Of a stretch of 64,000 nt of DNA, positions 57,265-64,000 are shown piece after piece. The translations under genes and the position numbers were made by a program. The notes beneath the pieces were generated by a model. The model had not been told where the DNA came from. It saw nothing but the letters and a program-made list of their open reading frames with translations, and did not search any database. Position 1 is the stretch's first letter. Every line of letters starts with the position of its first letter. Source of the stretch: a virus. The stretch lies in IMG/VR virus record IMGVR_UViG_3300025870_000010, positions 1 to 64,000 of that record. The stretch is one strand, 5' to 3'.

Positions 57265-58203
57265 TTACGAATTTTTTCGGTAGTATGCAAATTTTTTCAT
57301 CTTAAAATCAAAATTTTCTTTTACACCTAATTCTTTAGGTAATGGTAAACCTTTTCTTTTAAGAACATCTACAAAATATTCAACAATTGCCGAAAGGTCT
57401 TTCTTCCAGGGAAAATCTTTCTTTTGCATTGCTTTCCAAACAGATTCAAATGAATTCGTATCTTTAATTGTTGCATCAATACCTAATAGTGATTTTGTAA
57501 TTAGTTCGGGGTCTTTACTTACGAATTCTTCCCATTCACTCTTACCAGTTTTTACAAGTTTACCCGTTTTTCCTACGTAAGATTTTATTTGTTTTTTATA
57601 TCCTTTATTTGGGTCCAACATAATTCTACCCAATTTCTTAATTTGTCCTTTATATTTTCCTTCGAATTCATCTTCCCAATATGTTGTAAGGTCAGGAACA
57701 CTAACAGCATATCCAATAGCTTTTAGTAATTCTGTTCTATATAAACCTTTCCAAGCCGATTCTTGTTTTGTAAAATCTGGAGAATGAAACATCCATCTAG
57801 CAAAATCAATATCATCTTGTAACATTAAATCAACTTGAACATTTCCACCGCTACCTTTGATTGGATATGCTAATGAAATTATTCCTAATCCATGCATATA
57901 GTTTTTATCCATCTTAGGATAGGCAGTATCTAACAAATCTAAAATCTTTTTACCAACATCGTCTTTAGAAATATTTAGATTCTTTGCGATTGCACCAGTA
58001 TCAATTGCGATATCAATATCACCACTTGTTTGTCCAGGTAGTTTTTTCCCTGTTGAACCTAATGCGGCCCAATCTTTACCTTTAAGTTTTAAAAACCTAT
58101 TTAAAATTTTATTTTCTATATCTTTTAAGGTTGGCATCGTTTCCTCTGCTTTAATTGGCATTACGTTGGGAACTGCTTTTCCACCTTCGAATAATTTATT
58201 CAT
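57265..58203 (-). CDS. DNA-pol-beta superfamily nucleotidyltransferase
   Basis: LGSTG-x8-GDIDIAI signature and third Asp in VQVDLM; late promoter at 58223-58231. Confidence 0.8.
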   Translation of the reverse strand: MNKLFEGGKAVPNVMPIKAEETMPTLKDIENKILNRFLKLKGKDWAALGSTGKKLPGQTSGDIDIAIDTGAIAKNLNISKDDVGKKILDLLDTAYPKMDKNYMHGLGIISLAYPIKGSGGNVQVDLMLQDDIDFARWMFHSPDFTKQESAWKGLYRTELLKAIGYAVSVPDLTTYWEDEFEGKYKGQIKKLGRIMLDPNKGYKKQIKSYVGKTGKLVKTGKSEWEEFVSKDPELITKSLLGIDATIKDTNSFESVWKAMQKKDFPWKKDLSAIVEYFVDVLKRKGLPLPKELGVKENFDFKMKKFAYYRKNS

Positions 58204-58235
58204 ATTGTAATTGTGTTTTTATTATTTAATCAAAC

Positions 58236-58264
58236 AAAAAAAGGAACTTAAAAAGTTCCTTTTT
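58236..58264. terminator. rho-independent terminator
   Basis: aaaaaggaactt-aaa-aagttccttttt. Confidence 0.8.
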
Positions 58265-58287
58265 GTTAATATTTATATTTATATTTT

Positions 58288-58800
58288 TTAAGCTTTAAAA
58301 ACAAGACTGTATGTTGCACCACCTTTGTTTATATCAACTTTACCACCTTTGTGTAACTTTTCCATTTCATCTTTAGAAATAGATATTTCTGCAGTTTCAC
58401 CTTTTTCGTGTTCATTTACTTTTTTTTTACTAGATTCGTTATAACTATCTTCTTCCATTTCTTCGTCTTCAGATTCTTCCATTTCTTCGTCTTCAGATGA
58501 ATATAATTCTTCTTTGTCTTTTCCTTTGTCTTTAGATTCGTAAGATTCTTTCTTAGCTTTCATTTCTTTAGAATCTTCATCTTCTTCAGAATCGTAATCT
58601 TCTTCAACTTGCTTTTCGTTTGTTGGTTCTTGGTCCCATTCTTTCTCTATTTCATTAAAGAATTTCTTTTTATCAGCATCAGATAACTTTGCTGGAGAAT
58701 CAACATCAAATTTCTTTAATTTTTTATCAAAAAATTCTTGATATTCTTTTTGTTTTTTAGACTTTTCAGCTTCGTTTATAAAATTAGTTAACTTTTTCAT
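58288..58800 (-). CDS. acidic putative internal head/core protein
   Basis: Starts MKKLTNFINE-A; YQEFFDKKLKKF..SP..LSD..KKKFFNEI module; EDEEMEE duplication. Confidence 0.7.
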   Translation of the reverse strand: MKKLTNFINEAEKSKKQKEYQEFFDKKLKKFDVDSPAKLSDADKKKFFNEIEKEWDQEPTNEKQVEEDYDSEEDEDSKEMKAKKESYESKDKGKDKEELYSSEDEEMEESEDEEMEEDSYNESSKKKVNEHEKGETAEISISKDEMEKLHKGGKVDINKGGATYSLVFKA

Positions 58801-58833
58801 GTAAAATGTTTTATTTTTCTTTGTTTATTTAAT

Positions 58834-59337
58834 CTATTCGTTTATTGTAGTTTTGTTTATAACTCTTTGACCTAATTTTGATAGTTTACAACAAACAATG
58901 CCGTCTTTTGTAAATTCTTTAATATAAGATGAATTTTTATTAAACCAACTCATACTAGTTCTAGAACCAGAATCTTCATTTTTTGATTGTACAAAATCTT
59001 TTAATTCTTGTTTAGTACAATGTCCTTTTTCTGCAATGAAACCTAATATGTTATTTCTAACAGGGGCATTTGCACCAACTTTTATAGAATCATATTGGCC
59101 GTATTTTCTTTTTACTTGTAAAGTTTTTCTTTCGTCAATTTTTTCTGGTAAATTAGTTTCTTTAGTTTCAGCGTAATCTTTTAGTTTATCTTCTGGTAAC
59201 TTTGAAAGTTCTTTTATTTCATCAGATACTTCATCTCCTTCTAATTCACCTCTTTTATATGCTAATGCCATACCGAATAATCTTCTTTGAGATTTTGACT
59301 TAGATGCTTCATTTAAAAATTCATTAAGTGATTTCAT
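58834..59337 (-). CDS. putative internal head protein (two modules)
   Basis: Starts MKSLNEFLNE-A; SKSQRRLFGMALAYKRGE (DUF3008-like by recall); IDE site; winged-helix-like C-terminal half. Confidence 0.7.
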   Translation of the reverse strand: MKSLNEFLNEASKSKSQRRLFGMALAYKRGELEGDEVSDEIKELSKLPEDKLKDYAETKETNLPEKIDERKTLQVKRKYGQYDSIKVGANAPVRNNILGFIAEKGHCTKQELKDFVQSKNEDSGSRTSMSWFNKNSSYIKEFTKDGIVCCKLSKLGQRVINKTTINE

Positions 59338-59339
59338 AA

Positions 59340-59576
59340 CTATTTTATTTTTTTATAAATAGAAACCCAACTCGAACCTATTTCTTGTAAGGAATCTGGA
59401 TTTGTATTTTTAGGTTTATTTCTAGTAGTTACACTTAATTGTATCATACCATCTAATAACGCAATAACATTTGCTTTTTCTAAAGATTCGTATTCTGAAT
59501 CCCCATATTTAGAATCTAAATATTCTTTTATTTGCAATGAAAAATTTTCATTCAGAAAATAACAAAGGTGCTTCAT
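59340..59576 (-). CDS. putative internal head protein
   Basis: Starts MKHLCYFLNE-N. Confidence 0.6.
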   Translation of the reverse strand: MKHLCYFLNENFSLQIKEYLDSKYGDSEYESLEKANVIALLDGMIQLSVTTRNKPKNTNPDSLQEIGSSWVSIYKKIK

Positions 59577-59583
59577 TATATAT

Positions 59584-61122
59584 TTAACCCAAAGAAACTT
59601 TCTTAATTACATAATTGAAACCTTGCTCTTTATAAATAGTCTTTCTAACTCTAGAATGATTTACTAGCATTGACTTTTTATTAGAATCTAAACAATCAAC
59701 ATAATCATAAAGTCTTAACTTATCTTTATCTTTATGCGTTCTCAATCCTCTACCTATTGATTGTCTAACTATTACATCAGATTTGAAAGATTCAGTAAAG
59801 TGAATATTGTGTATATTTTTAATGTTAACTCCTGTACTAAGAGTTCCATAACTTGCTACTAGAACTTTATTAGTACCAGATTCCATCAATTTTTTTATTT
59901 CTACCCTATCATCTTTTTTGATTTCACCATATATAAAGTAAACTTCTTTATCAGTATTATCTTCTAAGTATTTTTTTAATTCCTTACCATATACTTGTCT
60001 ATGAAATAAAACTAATTGATTCTTTTGTACCTTAGAAATAATTTTAGATATAGTTTCAATTCTTGGTTTGTATTGAATAACAAAATCTTGTTCTATTTTT
60101 AGTAGTTTACCTTTGTCTTCACCAGTCAATTCTTTTCTAATTAAATCAAATCTTTTTTGTACCTCTTCTGGATAATTGAATTCTACAATTGCAATTTCTA
60201 CCTCAGCAATGGTTCCCATTTCTTGCAATTCTTCTGCACGAATTTCAATAACAGTCGGTCCTAAATAAGCTTGAAGTGTTAAACTATCAAGTGTGCCTTG
60301 TTTAGGTGTTGTTCCTGTTAATCCAAATCTTCTTTCAACATTAACACATTTACTTATACATTCTCTAATAGTATTAGATTTTGTTCTATGACACTCATCA
60401 ACAATAACCGTATCAAATGCTTTAAAATAAGAATTTTGAAATTTACCTAGTGATTGAAATGTACTAACATGTATATTTTGTGATGCCGTAAAATCTTTCT
60501 TTTCCCCTCCGTGAATCTGTTTGATGTTCAAAGGAATTTTATTTTCTTCCGTTAGAAAAGAATTGTATTCGTGAAAATTTTCATATGCTTGAATTACAAG
60601 GTCAATTGATGGAACAATCATTAAGAATTTTTTACTTAATTCCTTTTCTTGAAAATAAGCAATACAAATAAATATAATCAAAGATTTACCTGCAGCTGTT
60701 GTAAGTTCACTTATACATATTTTATTAGTTAAAATTTTATATGCTGTATTTATTTGATAGTCATAAGGAAAAAAAGGTTTACCTTTTGTATCAATTGAAC
60801 CTTCGAATTTATTTTCAACCCATTCTTGAAACCCTTCTCTGGAAACATCTTTGTAGAAAAGCGCATCACCTAATCCTGTTATTTCTAAAGGAAATTTATA
60901 AGTTTCAGCTACGTACTTAATTTCTTTCCATAATCCAATAGGAACGAATTTATCTTTGTGAAAATAAGATATAATCCCATTCCATTTTCTCTTTACCGCT
61001 GGAGGTAAAAAATTATAAGTTTCAAGTTTTTTTGTTAAGGATAAACTTAGTTGTTTTCTTTCTAATTCTGTTGCATCTACTAGCGTTAAAATCTTCCCTT
61101 CGTGTGTCGTTTCGAATACCAT
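59584..61122 (-). CDS. uvsW: SF2 helicase UvsW
   Basis: YDYQ, TTAAGKS, VDECH, GLTGT, STGVNIK, QSIGRGLR. Confidence 0.95.
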   Translation of the reverse strand: MVFETTHEGKILTLVDATELERKQLSLSLTKKLETYNFLPPAVKRKWNGIISYFHKDKFVPIGLWKEIKYVAETYKFPLEITGLGDALFYKDVSREGFQEWVENKFEGSIDTKGKPFFPYDYQINTAYKILTNKICISELTTAAGKSLIIFICIAYFQEKELSKKFLMIVPSIDLVIQAYENFHEYNSFLTEENKIPLNIKQIHGGEKKDFTASQNIHVSTFQSLGKFQNSYFKAFDTVIVDECHRTKSNTIRECISKCVNVERRFGLTGTTPKQGTLDSLTLQAYLGPTVIEIRAEELQEMGTIAEVEIAIVEFNYPEEVQKRFDLIRKELTGEDKGKLLKIEQDFVIQYKPRIETISKIISKVQKNQLVLFHRQVYGKELKKYLEDNTDKEVYFIYGEIKKDDRVEIKKLMESGTNKVLVASYGTLSTGVNIKNIHNIHFTESFKSDVIVRQSIGRGLRTHKDKDKLRLYDYVDCLDSNKKSMLVNHSRVRKTIYKEQGFNYVIKKVSLG

Positions 61123-61156
61123 TATTACTTTCTTTAGTACATATTATTTAACTATG

Positions 61157-61612
61157 CTAAAAACTACCCGATTTGAATTTTTCAGTATCTATTAGATATT
61201 TTATCATCCAAATACTCTTATCTAAAGTTTCTATTGTTTCTTTATAAAAGGTTATTTGATTTTCAATCATTTTAATTACATTGTAAGTATCTTCTAAGTC
61301 AGCTTCGATATGATTTTTTATTTCGTAATCATTTAATTTAATATCGTATTCTAATTTATAGAACCTGTACTTTTGTTTTCTTGCACTACCTAACGATTTG
61401 TTTTTTTTTGCAATCGAGGCTCGCATTTCATTTGATTTATCTACTAAAAGTTGTCTTTGTGATAATATATGAACTTGTATGGCAGCAACATTATTAATAC
61501 TACCCATAGGAATAGTAATGTTGTCTTTTATATATGCAGACATTTCTTTGCGTTGTGTTGTAAATGCAATATCTAATTTTTCAGACTTGGATATTTCTTT
61601 TTCTTCAGACAT
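61157..61612 (-). CDS. uvsY: recombination mediator UvsY-like
   Basis: Helical, HIEAD, C-terminal WMIKYLIDTEKFKSG; adjacent to uvsW. Confidence 0.7.
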   Translation of the reverse strand: MSEEKEISKSEKLDIAFTTQRKEMSAYIKDNITIPMGSINNVAAIQVHILSQRQLLVDKSNEMRASIAKKNKSLGSARKQKYRFYKLEYDIKLNDYEIKNHIEADLEDTYNVIKMIENQITFYKETIETLDKSIWMIKYLIDTEKFKSGSF

Positions 61613-61806
61613 TAAAATAGTTTTTTTCCTTTTTTGGGTTCTTTAATTTTTATAGTAGGTTTTTTAATTGTTGGTTTTAGTTTTTCTTGTTCAATAATTA
61701 TATCATTACCTTTCGGTTCTGGAATAATTTCTTTATCGAAATCTACAATAAATAACTTGCCGTTTTTCTTTACAATTTTCTTTGTATTTTTGTATAAATT
61801 AAACAT
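61612..61806 (-). CDS. small basic hypothetical protein
   Basis: 64 aa, coupled between primase and uvsY. Confidence 0.55.
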   Translation of the reverse strand: MFNLYKNTKKIVKKNGKLFIVDFDKEIIPEPKGNDIIIEQEKLKPTIKKPTIKIKEPKKGKKLF

Positions 61807-62884
61807 GGTATATATCGTATTTGTTTTTACTAAAGCAATCTTTAATATAACTTAATGAGTTTTTATATTCTCTATTTTCGTATATGTAAACTACAAGTTC
61901 GTTTAAATCTTTAACCTTCTTATTATTAAATGAAGTATTTTTGAAAAACCTTTTCCATAAAAAACAATTATTTTTACCTTTTATTTTATCTATTGCACTG
62001 TTCTTTCCGGTAGTGTCGTTATCGAACCAATACCTTATATTATCTAATCCATCAAAAAAGTTCTTTAATTTACTTGCACCGGCAGTAGCAACTGAATTAG
62101 GAACAAAAAAAGAATCAAAGGGTCCTTCGAAAACTGTTACCTTATCTTCAATATCGACATTGAATAGATTGAAAATTATTGATAAGGTTGAAAGTTTTTC
62201 TACAAAAGGTGCATCATCCGGATATTGTACATTTCTACTCATTTCTTCTACTAGAACAGGAAAAGTTTTAGTACTATATTTCATACCAAAATCTAAATTC
62301 TTTATTTGCAATCCTACTACCTTTTCATTTTCATCTATTTTGTTCAGGACCCAAACTTCTCTATTGCCGAATTTATTTTTTCTAAATCTAATTCTATCTT
62401 GAAATCTATGTAACAATCTACCTTTCAAAAATTGAGCTCCCCATTTACAACGATCTGCAGTAAACAAACCATAGTGTTTTTCTAAATCTAAAATTGAAAT
62501 AGAATTGTTATACAAGAATTCGAAATATTCACTTGAATCAATTAATTTTGTAGGTTTTCTTAATCTTTTTGATTTTTCAATTACTTTTGTAATTTCAACA
62601 ATTTGGTCTAAATTTTTTATCTTTTTACCAAATTGTTCAAAGAACTTAAATATAGACCAATATTTTGCATTACAATCACCATTCCAACAATAGTACTTAA
62701 AAGAATCTAAATATAATATACCTCTTTTCTTAGATGGATTGGTTTTAGAATCTCCACAGCAAGGACAAGACATTTCTAATTGATTTTCTTTATTGTCTAT
62801 CAATCTTCTTTTTTCAGAATCAGTATGTGCGTTGTATAATATATCTTTGCAAATTTCTTCAATATCTTTTCTTATATCACCCAT
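61799..62884 (-). CDS. gp61: DNA primase (gp61)
   Basis: CPCCGDS..KKRG..YCWNGDC zinc finger; TOPRIM FEGPFDS, FDNDTTG, KDLNE. Confidence 0.92.
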   Translation of the reverse strand: MGDIRKDIEEICKDILYNAHTDSEKRRLIDNKENQLEMSCPCCGDSKTNPSKKRGILYLDSFKYYCWNGDCNAKYWSIFKFFEQFGKKIKNLDQIVEITKVIEKSKRLRKPTKLIDSSEYFEFLYNNSISILDLEKHYGLFTADRCKWGAQFLKGRLLHRFQDRIRFRKNKFGNREVWVLNKIDENEKVVGLQIKNLDFGMKYSTKTFPVLVEEMSRNVQYPDDAPFVEKLSTLSIIFNLFNVDIEDKVTVFEGPFDSFFVPNSVATAGASKLKNFFDGLDNIRYWFDNDTTGKNSAIDKIKGKNNCFLWKRFFKNTSFNNKKVKDLNELVVYIYENREYKNSLSYIKDCFSKNKYDIYHV

Positions 62885-62901
62885 TACAACTTTTTAAAAA
62901 T

Positions 62902-62932
62902 AAAAAAGGGGAATAAAAACTTATTCCCCTTT
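62902..62932 (-). terminator. rho-independent terminator
   Basis: aaaggggaataa-aaac-ttattccccttt. Confidence 0.8.
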
Positions 62933-62945
62933 GAACTAATATTAA

Positions 62946-63938
62946 TTACACATCTAAACCTTCTAAGATGTCATCGAAAACATCATCATCCGTGGGGGCA
63001 TTGTCAGGTCTTGCATTTTTTAAAGTGTCGGTTTGTACTTCTTCTACAACACTTTCTTCAGCAACTTCAGTTTTTGTTTCAACCTTTACTTTCTTTTTTG
63101 GAGCTGGGGTATCTTCTAAACCTTCTATGTTAATATTAGCACTAATTTGTGCTGGTTTGATATTACCGAATTGTTTTCCGGTCTTTTCTGAAATGATAGA
63201 TAATAACAATTTCAATCTATCATCAGCACTTTTCTTATACTTATACGGTGCCATTAAGGTGTTTCCTTCTTGTAAGAATTCTACAAATTCTGCTTTCTTA
63301 TCTGTCGTTAATTCAGAACCGTTGAACATTAGAGGACCTGCTTCTGATAATGTAACAGTTCCATTGTAGTTCCAATTATTACCAACAGTATTTATTTGTA
63401 ATCTTATGGATTTACCTTTAAACGGATCAAAGATATTACAAGGTTTGATCCCTATTGATTTATCTTCGTCAGATACATTGATTGCACCTTGTAAGATTTT
63501 ATGCACTTGAATAGGTGCTTTATAAACCATTAGTTTTCCTTCGTTATCCGGATTAACAGCATCTGATTCTACTAATACTAAGTAGAAGAATGAACTTTTA
63601 GGTCTAATATCCTTTGCTAATTGCTCAGCTCTTGCATCTGTTTTTCCTTCTCTTTTTAAATCAAAGAAAGTGTTCATTGCTAAGCATTCATCACCTATTG
63701 AAAAGGCTGAATCAAAGAAATTATTTCCTGTGTCGTTACCATCATTCTTATCGAAATAAAATGTTGTTTTTGGAATAAAGGATTTTTTGTGATTTTCTAA
63801 CCAATAAACTGGTCTTACTAGTGCTCTATAAACACCATCTTTTGCTTCTTTAGGGTTCGGTTTGAACTCGTTGTTTACGTATGATTTCTTTACGTCTTTG
63901 TCTAAATCATCTACGGATAAATCAAATATGTCTACCAT
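62946..63938 (-). CDS. gp32: single-stranded DNA-binding protein (gp32)
   Basis: YRALVR, YLVLVESD..PDNEGKLMVYK, NIFDPFKG, WNY, acidic tail DDDVFDDILEGL. Confidence 0.88.
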   Translation of the reverse strand: MVDIFDLSVDDLDKDVKKSYVNNEFKPNPKEAKDGVYRALVRPVYWLENHKKSFIPKTTFYFDKNDGNDTGNNFFDSAFSIGDECLAMNTFFDLKREGKTDARAEQLAKDIRPKSSFFYLVLVESDAVNPDNEGKLMVYKAPIQVHKILQGAINVSDEDKSIGIKPCNIFDPFKGKSIRLQINTVGNNWNYNGTVTLSEAGPLMFNGSELTTDKKAEFVEFLQEGNTLMAPYKYKKSADDRLKLLLSIISEKTGKQFGNIKPAQISANINIEGLEDTPAPKKKVKVETKTEVAEESVVEEVQTDTLKNARPDNAPTDDDVFDDILEGLDV

Positions 63939-64000
63939 AATTTTACTTTTTTTTACTTTGTTTTTATTAATTTACTTTCATACTCAGTAGCTACCTTTTG

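Noticed and set aside
57265-58203. CBASS cyclase (CD-NTase) defence operon
   Set aside because: Only the generic Pol-beta signature is visible, with no Cap2/Cap3 or recognisable effector; not formally excluded without a profile search
58450-58497. 24-bp duplication encoding EDEEMEE
   Set aside because: Ordinary slippage in an acidic low-complexity tract
1-64000. Alternative genetic code (TAG or TGA recoding, as in some Bacteroidota phages)
   Set aside because: Core genes are full length in the standard code, and TAG/TGA serve as normal stops (tube, portal, helicase, gp4-like)

Overview
A 64 kb, very AT-rich, gene-dense segment of a large T4-like (jumbo) myophage genome, read in the standard genetic code and mostly on the minus strand. 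The host is probably a Bacteroidota member: there are no obvious Shine-Dalgarno sites, translation starts are A-rich, and two Bacteroidetes-type sigma70 promoters are present. The window carries the T4 core modules for head (portal, protease-scaffold fusion, major capsid, gp2, gp4), tail (sheath, tube, gp15, gp26/gp51-like, tape-measure-like protein) and replication/recombination (gp32, primase, UvsY, UvsW, UvsX, gp41, gp44/62, gp45, gp46/47, RNase H, and a family-B polymerase split into two genes around the clamp gene). It also encodes two sigma factors, ThyA, ClpP, PhoH, an amidase, two GT2 glycosyltransferases and two free-standing homing endonucleases. The most striking non-core signal is an apparent virion-cargo system. 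About 13 unrelated ORFs in four promoter/terminator-bounded islands share the N-terminal tag MKxLNEFLNE or a variant of it, which resembles the T4 internal-protein capsid-targeting sequence. A late-expressed trio of nucleotidyltransferases (Pol-beta-like, RNA-ligase-like, HIGH-family polyprotein) and a zeta-like kinase carry prohead-protease-type [LIM]xE sites. All product calls come from motif recognition by eye; no database searches were run.
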